A DNA stretch of 64,000 bases from a phage. The position numbers and the translations under genes were made by a program. Numbering within the stretch: position 1 is the stretch's first letter; every line of letters begins with the position of its first letter. This document shows, one piece after another, positions 50,714 through 62,332 of this stretch. Location of the stretch: the sequence record PZ452610.1, one strand, 5' to 3'. The notes under the pieces were generated by a model. It worked only from the letters and a program-made list of their open reading frames with translations, made no database searches and was not told the DNA's origin.

Positions 50714-53700
50714 ATGGCCGACATCAAACGTAAGTTCAGAGCCGAAGACGGTCTGGACGCCGGTGGCGACAAGATTGTTAACGTAGCATTAGCCGACCGT
50801 ACAGTAGGTACTGATGGCGTAAACGTTGACTTCCTGGTACAAGAAAACACCGTTCAAGTATATGATTCTACGCGTGGATATAACAAAGGATTTGTTGTTC
50901 TTTATGACAACCGTTTATATCAAGCAATAAATGATATCGTGTCTCCTTCCGGGGCATTTAACCTTTTACAATGGCGTGCAGTTCGTACCGATGCACAATG
51001 GATAACTGTCGCTTCTGGGACTTATCAACTTTCTTCAGGTGAATCTATTTCGGTTAACACTGGTGCCGGCAATGATATGGTTTTCACGTTGCCAAATACG
51101 CCGGTTGATGGTGATACTGTTGTTTTGGCTGATATTGGTGGAAGAACCGGGACAGTTAAAGTACAGATTAACGCGTCTGTGCAGAGTATTTTAAACTTTA
51201 GAGGTGAACAAGTTCGTACAGTTTTAATGACGCGCCCACGTTCACAACTATTGTTTGTGTTTAGTAATCGTTTGTGGCAGATGTATATTACCGATTATGG
51301 TAAAGAATCAATCACTGTTACACCTGCGACACCATATCAAGCACAAGCAAATGATTTTATCGTTCGTCGTTTTACTAGTGCAGCACCAATCAACATTACA
51401 CTTCCACGTAATGCTAACAATGGTGATATAATCAGCCTAGTCGATTTAGATAAATTAAACCCACTGTATCATACAATTGTTAAAACATTTGATGATACAA
51501 CGTCTATTGGTGAAGTCGGGACTCATATTGCCGAAGGCAGAAATGACTCTGACGCGTTTTTTGTTTTTGATGCTGCAAATAGTTTATGGCGTATACGGGA
51601 AGGCGACCAGAAATCACGTCTTCGTATTATCCGTGCGGATTCAAATATTCGTCCAAATGAAGAAGTTCTTATTTTTGGCACAAATAACGCTACAACCGGA
51701 ACTATTAATCTTACGCTGCCTACCAGAATTTTGAGTGGTGACACTGTTAAAATTTCAATGAACTACATGCGTAAAGGCCAAACAGTAAAAATTAAAGCTG
51801 CCGAAGGTGATACAATTGCTTCTTCTGTTGCATTGCTTCAGTTCCCTAAACGTTCTGAATATCCACCTGATGCTCAATGGGTCTCTGTTACTGAACTAGA
51901 ATTCAATGGCACTACTTCATATGTTCCTGTATTAGAATTAGCGTATATCGAAGACACTGATTCTGACACTCACTATTGGGTTGTGCAACAGAATGTCCCT
52001 ACGGTAGAACGTGTTGATGCTGGAAATGATGCTACACGAGCTCGTTTAGGTGTTATTGCTCTTGCTACTCAAGCGCAAGCAAATGTTGATTTAGAGAATA
52101 CTCCAGCTAAAGAAGTGGCTATTACTCCGGAAACATTGGCAAATCGTACAGCAACTGAAGCTCGACGTGGTATCGCTAAAATTGCTACAACAGCACAAGT
52201 TAACCAGAATTCCACAGCATCATTTGTGGACGATACTATTGTTACGCCTAAAAAACTAAATGAGCGTACAGCAACTGAAACTCGTCGCGGTCTTGCTGAA
52301 ATTGCTACTCAGACTGAAACCGATGCTGGTCTTGATGACACAACGATTATTACACCTAAGAAATTGCAGGCACGTCAGGGTTCTGAAACACTATCAGGTA
52401 TAGTTAAATATGTATCAACTACTTCTGCTACTCCTGCTGAAACTCGTGGTGCTGCAGGCACTAACGTTTATAATAAAACCGTAAATAATTTAACTATTTC
52501 TCCTAAAGCCCTTGACCAATATAAAGCAACTTATGCTCAACAAGGTGCAGTAATTTTAGCTGTTGATAGTGAAGTAATTGCTGGTCAATCACAAGCAGGT
52601 TATTCTCACGCTGTAGTAACTCCTGAAACACTACATAAGAAAACTTCTACTGATGGACGTATTGGTTTAATTGAAATTGCTACGCAAGCAGAAACTAATG
52701 CTGGGACTGATTATACACGTGCAGTAACGCCTAAGACGTTAAATGATAGGAAAGCTACGGAAGGATTATCCGGCATAGCCGAACTTGCTACGCAAGTTGA
52801 ATTTGATACTGGAACTGACGATACTCGTATCTCAACTCCACTGAAAATTAAAACTCATTTTGATTCTTCTGACCGTACCAGTGTTAATTCTGATTCCGGA
52901 CTTATTGAAGAAGGAACCTTGTGGAACCATTATACTCTTGATATTTCTAAAGCAAATGAAACACAACGTGGTACACTTCGCGTAGCGACTCAGGCAGAAT
53001 CTAATGCAGGAACTTTAGATGATGTTCTTATTACTCCTAAAAAGCTTTTAGGGACTAAGTCCACTGAAACGTCTGAAGGCGTAATTAAGGTTGCTACTCG
53101 GGCTGAAACTGTAACAGGAACTTCTGCTAATACTGCTGTATCTCCTAAGAATTTAAAATGGATTGTCCAGTCTGAACCAACATGGGCTGCTACTACGGCG
53201 ATTCGTGGATTCGTTAAAACTTCATCTGGTTCTATTACATTCGTTGGTAATGATACAGTTGGTTCAACGCAACCTTTAGAATCATATGAAAAAAATAGCT
53301 ATGCTATATCTCCATATGAATTAAACCGTGTACTTGCTAACTATTTGCCGTTGAAAGCTAAAGCCATAGATAGTAATTTATTAGATGGTCTAGATTCATC
53401 TCAGTTCATTCGTAGGGACATTGCACAGACGGTTAATGGTTCACTAACCTTAACCCAACAAACGAATCTGAGTGCCCCTCTTGTATCATCTAGTACTGCT
53501 ACGTTTGGTGGTTCAGTTTCGGCAAATAGTACATTAACTATTTCTAACTCTGGAACAGCTACTCGACTGATTTTTGAAAAAGGACCTCAGACCGGAACAA
53601 ATCCTGCTCAAACTATGACTATCAGAGTTTGGGGAAATGAATTTGGTGGTGGTTCAGATACAACACGTTCTACTGTATTTGAAGTTGGCGATGAAACATC

Positions 53701-54589
53701 TAATCACTTTTATTCTCAACGTAATAAAGCTGGGAATATAACGTTTAGCATTAATGGTACTGTGATGCCAATAAATGTTAACGCTTCAGGCACGTTAAAT
53801 GCGAATGGCGTTGCAACATTTGGTCGTTCAGTTACAGCCAATGGTGAATTCATTAGCAAGTCTGCAAATGCTTTCAGAGCAATTAGTGGTGATTATGGAT
53901 TCTTTATTCGCAATGATGGCGGCAGCACATATTTTATGCTTACTGCATCTGGTGATCAGACCGGTGGATTTAATGGATTACGTCCATTATCAATTAATAA
54001 CCAATCCGGTCAGATTACAATTGGTGAAGGCTTAATCATTGCCAATGGTGCTACTATAAATTCTGGCGGTTTGACTGTTAACTCGAGAATTCGTTCTCAG
54101 GGTACTAAAACATCCGATTTATATACCCGTGCGCCAACATCTGATAATGTAGGATTCTGGTCAATTGATATTAACGATTCAGCCACTTATAACCAGTTCC
54201 CAGGTTATTTTAAAATGGTTGAAAAAACTAATGAAGTGACTGGGCTTCCATACTTAGAACGTGGCGAAGAAGTTAAATCTCCTGGTACATTGACTCAGTT
54301 TGGTAATACACTTGATTCACTTTACCAAGATTGGATTACTTATCCAACAACCCCAGAAGCACGTACAACCCGTTGGACTCGTACATGGCAGAAAACTAAA
54401 AATTCTTGGTCAAGTTTTGTTCAAGTATTTGATGGGGGTAACCCTCCTCAGCCATCTGATATTGGTGCTTTACCTTCTGATAATGCAACAATCGGAAACT
54501 TGACAATAAGGGATTTCTTAAGGATTGGTAATGTCCGCATTATTCCAGACCCTGTGAATAAATCTGTTAAATTCGAGTGGATTGAATAA
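50714..54589 (+). CDS. 34: long tail fibre proximal subunit gp34
   Basis: 1291-aa ORF; late promoter at 50676-50683; repetitive fibre sequence; T4 gp34 size. Confidence 0.95.
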   Translation: MADIKRKFRAEDGLDAGGDKIVNVALADRTVGTDGVNVDFLVQENTVQVYDSTRGYNKGFVVLYDNRLYQAINDIVSPSGAFNLLQWRAVRTDAQWITVASGTYQLSSGESISVNTGAGNDMVFTLPNTPVDGDTVVLADIGGRTGTVKVQINASVQSILNFRGEQVRTVLMTRPRSQLLFVFSNRLWQMYITDYGKESITVTPATPYQAQANDFIVRRFTSAAPINITLPRNANNGDIISLVDLDKLNPLYHTIVKTFDDTTSIGEVGTHIAEGRNDSDAFFVFDAANSLWRIREGDQKSRLRIIRADSNIRPNEEVLIFGTNNATTGTINLTLPTRILSGDTVKISMNYMRKGQTVKIKAAEGDTIASSVALLQFPKRSEYPPDAQWVSVTELEFNGTTSYVPVLELAYIEDTDSDTHYWVVQQNVPTVERVDAGNDATRARLGVIALATQAQANVDLENTPAKEVAITPETLANRTATEARRGIAKIATTAQVNQNSTASFVDDTIVTPKKLNERTATETRRGLAEIATQTETDAGLDDTTIITPKKLQARQGSETLSGIVKYVSTTSATPAETRGAAGTNVYNKTVNNLTISPKALDQYKATYAQQGAVILAVDSEVIAGQSQAGYSHAVVTPETLHKKTSTDGRIGLIEIATQAETNAGTDYTRAVTPKTLNDRKATEGLSGIAELATQVEFDTGTDDTRISTPLKIKTHFDSSDRTSVNSDSGLIEEGTLWNHYTLDISKANETQRGTLRVATQAESNAGTLDDVLITPKKLLGTKSTETSEGVIKVATRAETVTGTSANTAVSPKNLKWIVQSEPTWAATTAIRGFVKTSSGSITFVGNDTVGSTQPLESYEKNSYAISPYELNRVLANYLPLKAKAIDSNLLDGLDSSQFIRRDIAQTVNGSLTLTQQTNLSAPLVSSSTATFGGSVSANSTLTISNSGTATRLIFEKGPQTGTNPAQTMTIRVWGNEFGGGSDTTRSTVFEVGDETSNHFYSQRNKAGNITFSINGTVMPINVNASGTLNANGVATFGRSVTANGEFISKSANAFRAISGDYGFFIRNDGGSTYFMLTASGDQTGGFNGLRPLSINNQSGQITIGEGLIIANGATINSGGLTVNSRIRSQGTKTSDLYTRAPTSDNVGFWSIDINDSATYNQFPGYFKMVEKTNEVTGLPYLERGEEVKSPGTLTQFGNTLDSLYQDWITYPTTPEARTTRWTRTWQKTKNSWSSFVQVFDGGNPPQPSDIGALPSDNATIGNLTIRDFLRIGNVRIIPDPVNKSVKFEWIE

Positions 54590-54597
54590 GAGGTATT

Positions 54598-55725
54598 ATG
54601 GAAAAATTTATGGCTAAGTTTGGACAAGGATACGTCCAAACGCCATTTTTATCGGAAAGCAATTCAGTACGATTTAAATTAAGCATAGCGGGCTCTTGCC
54701 CGCTATCAACATCTCCTGCTTATATTAAGTTCCAGGATAATCCACTTGGGTCCCAGGTTTTTTCCGTTGGATTAAACGTTCGTGTAATAAATCCTACAAC
54801 AGGTGCAGTAGTTGAATCTAAGACATATAATTTCTCTACTGAAAACGACGCCACGTCAAGTGCATTTGTTACTTTCATGGACACATATGCTTCAAATTTT
54901 ATATTTGCTCTTGTTACTAACGCTAAAACAAACTTTCCACCAGAAGTTCTTGCATGGTTTACTAAAGCTGGGAGTTCTGCTATTCCATTAGCTCAACAAG
55001 TTTTAAATATAGTGGACATTTCTTATTCTGCATTTTATATTTCTGGTAAGAATGCTATAGCACTAGAACATATTAAGTATAGTAATAAGAAAACTTCAAC
55101 CGACTATAGTACACCACTTGATGTTGTGTACGACACGATCGATGATATTGGTGCTACCGGCTTCCCTAGACGTACGTATGAATCGTCAGACACATTTTTA
55201 TCTGCCATTGGAGGTACTAATAACGAAATTAAAAGGATGCCTACAGCATCTGTTATTACACCTCTCGCTGGGTATAAATTGAAGCCTGGAGATTTCCTTT
55301 ATATGAAATTCCAACTAATGGCCGATGCCGATTTGTTAGCACAAGGGACGACACGACTTTCTATTCGTTTCTTTAAATCTCCTTCTACTTCACCTATTTC
55401 ATTTAAGGATATAAACTTTGATGGGGCTGCAGGTGAATGGAAGATATATGAAGACTACGTAGAAATTCCTGCTGGTGCTGACGGGTTCACGATTTATTGT
55501 TATCGTACAGCTCCAGTCGGGCAAGGTGGATTAAGAAACGTTATATTCACTGAAGTATCATGTAATGGAAGCGTTTCAAAACCTGCTGAGTTTGGTACGA
55601 ATGGTATTCGTGTAAATTATGTTTCAGAATCTTTAAGTGCTCCAGACATAATGACATTACCTACTCAATCTTCAACTGATACTGGTAAGGTATTTGGTCA
55701 AGAATTTAAAGAAGCACCAGAATAA
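54598..55725 (+). CDS. 35: long tail fibre hinge protein gp35
   Basis: 375-aa ORF following gene 34; terminator downstream. Confidence 0.9.
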   Translation: MEKFMAKFGQGYVQTPFLSESNSVRFKLSIAGSCPLSTSPAYIKFQDNPLGSQVFSVGLNVRVINPTTGAVVESKTYNFSTENDATSSAFVTFMDTYASNFIFALVTNAKTNFPPEVLAWFTKAGSSAIPLAQQVLNIVDISYSAFYISGKNAIALEHIKYSNKKTSTDYSTPLDVVYDTIDDIGATGFPRRTYESSDTFLSAIGGTNNEIKRMPTASVITPLAGYKLKPGDFLYMKFQLMADADLLAQGTTRLSIRFFKSPSTSPISFKDINFDGAAGEWKIYEDYVEIPAGADGFTIYCYRTAPVGQGGLRNVIFTEVSCNGSVSKPAEFGTNGIRVNYVSESLSAPDIMTLPTQSSTDTGKVFGQEFKEAPE

Positions 55726-55730
55726 ATTTA

Positions 55731-55754
55731 GGGAGACTTCGGTCTCCCATTTTT
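55731..55754 (+). terminator. intrinsic terminator after gene 35
   Basis: GGGAGAC-UUCG-GUCUCCC hairpin followed by AUUUUUG. Confidence 0.75.
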
Positions 55755-55755
55755 G

Positions 55756-55763
55756 TATAAATA
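55756..55763 (+). promoter_or_regulatory. late promoter (TATAAATA) for gene 36
   Basis: Exact TATAAATA just after the gene 35 terminator and about 25 nt before the gene 36 ATG. Confidence 0.65.
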
Positions 55764-55787
55764 TGGTATACATATAAGGAGACAACT

Positions 55788-56453
55788 ATGGCCGATTTAA
55801 AAGCTGGTAGTACAACTGGCGGTGCCGTTATATGGCATCAAGGTAATTTCCCTTTAATGCCAGCAGGTGATGACGTCCTGTATAAAACGTTTAAACTCTA
55901 TTCAGAATATAATAAGCCACAAGCTGCTGATAATGATTTCGTTTCTAAAGCAAATGGTGGTACTTATGCATCAAAGGTAACATTTAACGGCGGTGTTCAA
56001 ATACCATATGCTATAAACAATACAAATCAATCTGGTATTTATCCTGGTAATGGAGATGCAGCTACTTTTGTTACAGCAAATATTGATATTGTTTCGTGGT
56101 ATGGTATTGGTTTTAAATCATCACAAGGAACAGCGGGTAGAACTGTAGTAATTAATACACGTAATGGTGATATTAATACAAAAGGCGTTGTGTCGGCAGC
56201 TGGTCAAGTAAGAAGTGATGCGGCTGCTCCTATAGCAGCGAATGACCTTACTAGAAAAGATTATGTTGATGGACGAATAAATATTGTTACGGATAACGCA
56301 AATTCCCGTGTATTGCGTAAAGGCGATACCATGACTGGTACTTTAACAGCACCAAACTTTTTCTCACAGAATCCGGCGTCTGAGGCTAATCATGTTCCTC
56401 GTTTCGACCAGATTGTAATTAAAGATTCTGTTCAAGATTTCGGCTATTATTAA
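55788..56453 (+). CDS. 36: long tail fibre distal subunit gp36
   Basis: 221-aa ORF; late promoter at 55756-55763; SD AAGGAG. Confidence 0.9.
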   Translation: MADLKAGSTTGGAVIWHQGNFPLMPAGDDVLYKTFKLYSEYNKPQAADNDFVSKANGGTYASKVTFNGGVQIPYAINNTNQSGIYPGNGDAATFVTANIDIVSWYGIGFKSSQGTAGRTVVINTRNGDINTKGVVSAAGQVRSDAAAPIAANDLTRKDYVDGRINIVTDNANSRVLRKGDTMTGTLTAPNFFSQNPASEANHVPRFDQIVIKDSVQDFGYY

Positions 56454-56461
56454 GAGGACTT

Positions 56462-59400
56462 ATGGCTACATTAAAACAGATACAATTTAAAAGAAGCAAA
56501 GTAGCAGGAGTTAATCCTACTGCAGCACAATTAGCCGAAGGCGAATTAGCGATAAACTTAAAAGATCGAACTCTTTTTACTAAAGATGACCTCGGTAATA
56601 TTATTAGCCTAGGCTTTGCTAAGGGCGGGGATATTAACGGTAATGTAACTCAAAATGGTGATTATTTACAAAACGGCACGTATAATCTTAATGGAAACCA
56701 GTTTGTTTATGCAGGAAAGTATATTGAATTCTTGCCAAAAACTGCTGGAAATGGCGCTTGGGCTAACCAACACACAAATAAAGCCCCTATCTTTACAGAT
56801 TTGAGTTCAACTACTTCAACTTCTGAATACCACCCTTTGATTAAGCAACGTTATAAAGACGGTACTTTTTCAGTAGGTACATTAGTAAGCGAAGGCTCAT
56901 TTAGAGTTCATTATATTGATTCTACAGCTCCAGACAATTCTAAACACTGGGTCTTTAACCGTAATGGTAATTTTATTGTAGATTCTGGTAGTATTGAGGT
57001 CCGCGCAGGTAATATTTCTGCGTCAGGCAATATTAACTCCGCTAATGGTATAGTTTCTGCTCCACAAGTTAATACGAAAACCATTGTTTTAGACACAAAA
57101 GCATTCGGACAATATGATTCACAGTCATTAGTTCAATATGTTTATCCTGGAACAGGTGAAGAAAATGGTATAAACTATCTTCGTAAAGTTCGAGCTAAAT
57201 CAGGTGGAACTATTTACCATGAAATCGCTTCAGCTCAAACTGGTAAGAATGATGAAATTTCTTGGTGGACCGGAAATACACTTACTACTAAATTAATGGG
57301 TCTTCGTAATGATGGCGCAATGGTATTACGTCGTTCACTTGCTATTGGCACAATTACCACTGATGAAAATACCAATAACTACGGCTCTCCTACTCCAATG
57401 GGAGAAAGATATATTGCTTTGGGTGATGCTGCCACTGGTTTAAAATACATTAAGCAGGGTGTTTATGATTTAGTAGGTAATTGGAATTCTGTTGCTTCTA
57501 TTACTCCTGACAGTTTCCGTAGTACTCGTAAAGGTATATTTGGTCGTTCCGAGGACCAAGGCACCACATGGATTATGCCTGGTACAAATGCTGCTCTCTT
57601 GTCTGTTCAAACACAAGCTGATAATAACAATGCTGGAGACGGACAAACCCATATCGGGTACAATGCTGGTGGTAAAATGAACCACTATTTCCGTGGTACA
57701 GGTCAGATGAATATCAATACCCAACAAGGTATGGAAATTAACCCGGGTATTCTTAAACTAGTAACTGGCTCTAATAATGTAATGTTTTATGCTGATGGCG
57801 GTATTACATCTGTTAAGCAGCTTTCAATATATAACGGCATATATTTAGCAGCTAATAATTCTACTGCTGGGCTAACATTCGCTCCAACTACTACAATTGA
57901 TGGCACTAAGCAAATTTTGTGGGAAGGCGGTACTCGTGCTGGTCAGAATAAAAGCTATGTAACTGTTAAAGCATGGGGTAATTCATTTAACGCATCTGGC
58001 GATCGTAATCGTGAAACAGTTTTTGAAGTAGCTGACGGCCAGGGATATTATTTTTATTCTCAGCGCGTAGCTCCAACCGGTTCAGAAACTGTGGGACCTG
58101 TTGTAACACAAATTAATGGACAACTGAATGCAAGAGGGAGCATTATCACCGATGGAAGTCTTAGAGTTAATGGATTAAGTACATTATCCGGACAAGTTAC
58201 TATGGATAACGGGCTTGTTTTATCCGGCGGTGGTTCTATTACCGGTCAAGTTAAAATCGGCAATACCGCAGATGCTTTCCGTATTTACAATGCTGAATAT
58301 GGAGCTATTTTCCGTCGTTCTGAAGCGTCTTTGCATATTATACCTACACTTAAAGATGCAGGTGAAAATGGTGGTATTTCTAACCTTCGCCCATTGAGTG
58401 TTTCTCTTAACAACGGTATGGTTCAAATGCGCCATTCTGTTACGTTAGGTGATGATGGTGCTGGCGGTAATATGGTGACCGTTGATAATGATAATAAACT
58501 TGTTGTTATAACTAGTCATAGTCGCATTTCTCCTAATTACCGTATGCAATTAGGACAATCGGCATATATCGACGCTGAATGTACTGATACTGCACGACCT
58601 GCTGGAGCCGGTTCTTTTGCTTCTCAGAATAATGAAAACGTTCGTGCTCCGTTCTATATGAATATTGATAGAACAGATACAAGCACTTATGTTCCTATTG
58701 TGAAACAAAGATACGTTCAAAATAATAGTTGCTATTCTATTGGTACTTTAATTAATGGTGGTAACTTTAGAGTTCACTATCACGAAGGTGGTGACGGCGT
58801 TTCTACTGGCGCAATTATAAAGGATTTAGGTTGGGAATTTAATAAAAACGGTGATTTTTACTCTCCTGGTAAATTAGGCGCTGGTAATGTTCGTATTGGT
58901 ACTGATGGTAATATCACCGGCGGTTCTGGTAATTTTGCTAACTTGAATACCACAATAAATAACCTTAAGACAGATATTGTCTCAAGTTATCCTATTGGTG
59001 CTCCGATTCCTTGGCCTACTGATACACCTCCTGAAGGTTATGCCATAATGGAAGGTCAAACATTTGATACTGGCTTGTATCCTAAGTTAGCTGCGGTGTA
59101 TCCTTCCGGCACTCTGCCCGATATGCGTGGTCAGACGATTAAAGGTAAACCATCTGGGCGTGATGTATTAAGTACAGAAGCTGATGGTATTAAGTCTCAT
59201 AACCATAGTGCTTCAGCATCTAATACTGATTTAGGTACTAAAACCACATCAAGCTTTGATTATGGTACTAAAACATCTTCAAGCTTTGATTATGGTACTA
59301 AAACCAGTAATACCACAGGTAACCATAACCATACGGTGAGTGGAACTACAAGTGCTGCAGGTAACCACCAACATGCGCGCTCAGGTCCTCAGATACAAGC

Positions 59401-59743
59401 TGGCATACCCAATAACATATTCTATGACGGATATAATAGTGTAGGTGCAAACGCCAACGCTAAATTCACTGGAACCGTGAACGGTGCTACTGCAGGGTCG
59501 AATATAGCCAAAACTTCTTCAGAAGGTAACCATACACACTCTTGGTCAGGAACCACAAGTACCACAGGTAACCATGCTCATACTGTGGGTATTGGTGCTC
59601 ATACCCATTCGGTAGGTATTGGTGCTCATTCTCATACTGTTGCAATTGGTTCCCATGGACATACAATAACTGTAAATGCCACAGGAAATACAGAAAACAC
59701 AGTTAAAAACGTTGCTTTTAACTATATCGTTCGTTTAGCATAA
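56462..59743 (+). CDS. 37: long tail fibre distal subunit gp37 (receptor-binding tip)
   Basis: 1093-aa ORF; C-terminal region with His-x-His boxes and tandem repeats. Confidence 0.93.
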   Translation: MATLKQIQFKRSKVAGVNPTAAQLAEGELAINLKDRTLFTKDDLGNIISLGFAKGGDINGNVTQNGDYLQNGTYNLNGNQFVYAGKYIEFLPKTAGNGAWANQHTNKAPIFTDLSSTTSTSEYHPLIKQRYKDGTFSVGTLVSEGSFRVHYIDSTAPDNSKHWVFNRNGNFIVDSGSIEVRAGNISASGNINSANGIVSAPQVNTKTIVLDTKAFGQYDSQSLVQYVYPGTGEENGINYLRKVRAKSGGTIYHEIASAQTGKNDEISWWTGNTLTTKLMGLRNDGAMVLRRSLAIGTITTDENTNNYGSPTPMGERYIALGDAATGLKYIKQGVYDLVGNWNSVASITPDSFRSTRKGIFGRSEDQGTTWIMPGTNAALLSVQTQADNNNAGDGQTHIGYNAGGKMNHYFRGTGQMNINTQQGMEINPGILKLVTGSNNVMFYADGGITSVKQLSIYNGIYLAANNSTAGLTFAPTTTIDGTKQILWEGGTRAGQNKSYVTVKAWGNSFNASGDRNRETVFEVADGQGYYFYSQRVAPTGSETVGPVVTQINGQLNARGSIITDGSLRVNGLSTLSGQVTMDNGLVLSGGGSITGQVKIGNTADAFRIYNAEYGAIFRRSEASLHIIPTLKDAGENGGISNLRPLSVSLNNGMVQMRHSVTLGDDGAGGNMVTVDNDNKLVVITSHSRISPNYRMQLGQSAYIDAECTDTARPAGAGSFASQNNENVRAPFYMNIDRTDTSTYVPIVKQRYVQNNSCYSIGTLINGGNFRVHYHEGGDGVSTGAIIKDLGWEFNKNGDFYSPGKLGAGNVRIGTDGNITGGSGNFANLNTTINNLKTDIVSSYPIGAPIPWPTDTPPEGYAIMEGQTFDTGLYPKLAAVYPSGTLPDMRGQTIKGKPSGRDVLSTEADGIKSHNHSASASNTDLGTKTTSSFDYGTKTSSSFDYGTKTSNTTGNHNHTVSGTTSAAGNHQHARSGPQIQAGIPNNIFYDGYNSVGANANAKFTGTVNGATAGSNIAKTSSEGNHTHSWSGTTSTTGNHAHTVGIGAHTHSVGIGAHSHTVAIGSHGHTITVNATGNTENTVKNVAFNYIVRLA
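59234..59311 (+). repeat. tandem 30-bp repeat (2.6 copies) within the gp37 tip region
   Basis: GGTACTAAAAC(C/A)nCnTCAAGCTTTGATTAT repeated, encoding [25 protein letters not shown]. Confidence 0.8.
59584..59672 (+). repeat. tandem ~27-bp repeats encoding His-x-His boxes in the gp37 C-terminus
   Basis: Encodes [27 protein letters not shown], preceded by further GNHxH motifs. Confidence 0.7.
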
Positions 59744-59756
59744 GGAGAAGGGACTT

Positions 59757-60326
59757 ATGTCCCTTTTTTATAATATGAAACTCTATCACTATTATTTTGA
59801 CACTAAAGAATTTTACAAAGAAGAAAATTATAAACCATTAAAAGGCGTAGGATTTCCGGCTCATTCGACACCAAAAAAACCTTTAGACCCTAAAGAAGGC
59901 TATGCTGTTATATTTGACGAACGCGAGCAAGAATGGGTATATGTTGAAGACCATCGTGGAAAAACGGTATGGACTTATGATAAGCAAAAAATTGTTATTG
60001 ACACTCCAGGTGCTCTTCAAAATGTTACTACAGAAGAACCCGGTGAATTTGACATTTGGACCGACGACGGGTGGAAGGAAGATGAAGCATATAAACGCGT
60101 AGTTCAACGTGATAAGAAAATTCATGAACTCTATAAATTATTCAGTGTTTTAAGTTCTCTTATTGACGCAGAGGTTGCTAGTAGAGAAGAAAAACGAAAA
60201 TTTAAAGAGCTCAAAAAATTCTTTGCCCTTTTAGAAAAACATGAACATCTTGGCGGCGAATTCCCTAAATTCCCTGACCTTGAAAACAAATCTATTATCA
60301 AAGCGATTATAAATATCTTTAAGTAA
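59757..60326 (+). CDS. 38: tail fibre assembly chaperone gp38 (T4 type)
   Basis: 189-aa ORF, sequence recognisably T4 gp38 (..KLYHYYFDTKEFYKEENYKP..); SD AAGGAG. Confidence 0.9.
   Translation: MSLFYNMKLYHYYFDTKEFYKEENYKPLKGVGFPAHSTPKKPLDPKEGYAVIFDEREQEWVYVEDHRGKTVWTYDKQKIVIDTPGALQNVTTEEPGEFDIWTDDGWKEDEAYKRVVQRDKKIHELYKLFSVLSSLIDAEVASREEKRKFKELKKFFALLEKHEHLGGEFPKFPDLENKSIIKAIINIFK
60308..60315 (+). promoter_or_regulatory. late promoter (TATAAATA) for holin t
   Basis: Exact TATAAATA inside the 3' end of gene 38, about 20 nt upstream of the t ATG. Confidence 0.6.
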
Positions 60327-60335
60327 GGAGGTATT

Positions 60336-60995
60336 ATGGCAACACCAAAAGTATCATTTTCGCCTAGTGATATTCTATTTGGGTTGCTAGATCGTATTTT
60401 CAAAGATAACGCTACTGGAAAGGTTTTAATGTCCCGAGTAGCGGTAATTATTCTTTTGTTCCTAATGGCACTAATATGGTACAAAGGAAGTATTTTGCTG
60501 GATTATTATGTAAGAGCTAAGTATGATACTTATACTGAAATAATCCAAAAAGAACGAGCTTTACGTTTTGAATCTGCGGCTCTAGAACAACTGCAAATAG
60601 TTCATATCTCATCTGGTGCAGATTTTAGTGCTGTGTATTCTTTCAGACCTAAAAACTTAAATTATTTTGTCGACCTTATAGCTTATGAAGGCAAACTACC
60701 TAGCACAATTTCTGAAAAGTCCCTTGGCGGATTCCCAGTGGATAAAACGGCCAATGAATATATAATTCATTTAAGTGGCCGTCATTTCTCATCTAAATCA
60801 GAATTTGCATTTTTGCCTACAAAATCTAAGACTGCCGAACTTTCTTATATGTATAGTTGTCCATACTTTAATTTGGATAACATCTATGCTGGAACTGTGA
60901 CGATGTATTGGTATAAGGGGAGTAATATACTTGAGGAAGATCGCTTAGCGGCTATATGCAACCAAGCGATCCGAATACTAGGAAGGGCTAAATAA
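60336..60995 (+). CDS. t: holin T
   Basis: 219-aa ORF with single N-terminal TM segment and large periplasmic domain; sequence recognisably T4 T; late promoter at 60308-60315. Confidence 0.92.
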   Translation: MATPKVSFSPSDILFGLLDRIFKDNATGKVLMSRVAVIILLFLMALIWYKGSILLDYYVRAKYDTYTEIIQKERALRFESAALEQLQIVHISSGADFSAVYSFRPKNLNYFVDLIAYEGKLPSTISEKSLGGFPVDKTANEYIIHLSGRHFSSKSEFAFLPTKSKTAELSYMYSCPYFNLDNIYAGTVTMYWYKGSNILEEDRLAAICNQAIRILGRAK

Positions 60996-61268
60996 TTAGT
61001 TGTTAGAATACATCGCTAAATGACGATAAATATTTTCAAAACCTTCATTGAATTCACTAATCAGTGTTTTCTTTTCTTCGGCAGTTAAATTTGTAATTAG
61101 TTTTCTGAACGAATTCTGATTTAGCTGCCGACCATCTTTTTTAATTCCAATCTCATTCAAGAATCCGATGAAACTTGCTCGGTCTTCAACAATATCTTCC
61201 CTAGAGAATTTAATCAAAATAGAAGCAATAGTAATAATTTCACGTACGATTTCAATGTCTTTATTCAT
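60996..61268 (-). CDS. asiA: anti-sigma-70 factor AsiA
   Basis: 90-aa ORF, sequence recognisably T4 AsiA (MNKDIEIVREIITIASILIKFSREDIVE...). Confidence 0.9.
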   Translation of the reverse strand: MNKDIEIVREIITIASILIKFSREDIVEDRASFIGFLNEIGIKKDGRQLNQNSFRKLITNLTAEEKKTLISEFNEGFENIYRHLAMYSNN

Positions 61269-61314
61269 AACGTTTTATTCATTCCACTTAGTTGATATGG
61301 ATATAGTACCATTA

Positions 61315-61530
61315 TCAGTGTTGATTGTAAACGGCTTTTTCTACGCTTTTAACGTAATCAATGTAGTCTTCCTGTTCATACGAGTGTAAGGCCAAGAATG
61401 GAACTAATAGTTCATTATAGACTAAAGCCTCACGCTCACGTTCGGCCTCTACTACGTTCTGAAGATTATGACTCATATTGTTCCTTATAACTATCAATGT
61501 AGTCCTGTATGTCGAAGAATGACATTTCAT
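61315..61530 (-). CDS. hypothetical protein (71 aa, or 53 aa from internal ATG at 61476)
   Basis: ORF overlapping the 3' end of the upstream ORF by 65 nt; the shorter form is more compatible. Confidence 0.4.
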   Translation of the reverse strand: MKCHSSTYRTTLIVIRNNMSHNLQNVVEAEREREALVYNELLVPFLALHSYEQEDYIDYVKSVEKAVYNQH

Positions 61531-61852
61531 ATTCTAGGACATTAAGAGCCCGTTCTTCAGTATAGTCAGAACCAAAGACGATAGTGATTTCACCAGGCTT
61601 CATGTGATTGAAATCGACACTAAAAGGAATACGAGAACATACTTCGTCTGCCATATCTACGATAACACTACGACACACTTCTCGGTTAACCTGATAAAGC
61701 TCTGCAAGTTCTTCACATCGAATAACAAGTTCAGTGGCAGGATTTTCTTTGATTTTAGTAAGCATAGTCTTTACCCTTATGTTTTTGTTTGCGTTTAGAT
61801 TGAAGTTCTGATTTCTTCTTGTCCTTATGGACAGAAGCCTTATTGAAATCAT
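61466..61852 (-). CDS. hypothetical acidic protein (128 aa, or 99 aa from ATG at 61765); position of T4 arn
   Basis: ORF with ATGA overlap to the upstream ORF; the internal start has SD AAGGG; Arn identity not verifiable from memory. Confidence 0.45.
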   Translation of the reverse strand: MISIRLLSIRTRRNQNFNLNANKNIRVKTMLTKIKENPATELVIRCEELAELYQVNREVCRSVIVDMADEVCSRIPFSVDFNHMKPGEITIVFGSDYTEERALNVLEYEMSFFDIQDYIDSYKEQYES

Positions 61853-62067
61853 GTTTTGCTACAAGATTGTTCATAATGATTTATAACCTCGTTTAAACAT
61901 TTGTCTGTGAAAGAAAACTTTTTAGCCACAGAACATTCGATAATGTGCTCTTTCAAATCTTTAGAGTCGGTATATCCCATCTCAGTAATAAAGTGGCGAA
62001 TTAAAGCTTTATTCTTATCATTAACAGAATTAAAATAATCCGCTTTAGAATCAATTATTCTCATCAT
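61849..62067 (-). CDS. hypothetical protein (72 aa)
   Basis: ORF in the asiA-motA accessory block. Confidence 0.45.
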   Translation of the reverse strand: MMRIIDSKADYFNSVNDKNKALIRHFITEMGYTDSKDLKEHIIECSVAKKFSFTDKCLNEVINHYEQSCSKT

Positions 62068-62332
62068 CTAATTTCCTTAATTGATATTGCAACGAGCTAA
62101 TAATTTCTTCGTTCATTTTAATATACATGTCACGCAAGAAAGGTTTTAACCCATCACGAATAATTGCTAACGTATCACCTTTACATAAATTAACCAAATA
62201 AGGATGGTCTAAAGCATCCCAACCAGGCTGATTAGCATACATACCATAGTTTTCTTCCATCATATGATTAAGACGTTTGATATCTTGGATACGTGATTCA
62301 ATAGCATCTTTCTGGAGTTGTTTAATATTCAT
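62051..62332 (-). CDS. hypothetical protein (93 aa)
   Basis: ORF in the asiA-motA accessory block. Confidence 0.45.
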   Translation of the reverse strand: MNIKQLQKDAIESRIQDIKRLNHMMEENYGMYANQPGWDALDHPYLVNLCKGDTLAIIRDGLKPFLRDMYIKMNEEIISSLQYQLRKLDDENN

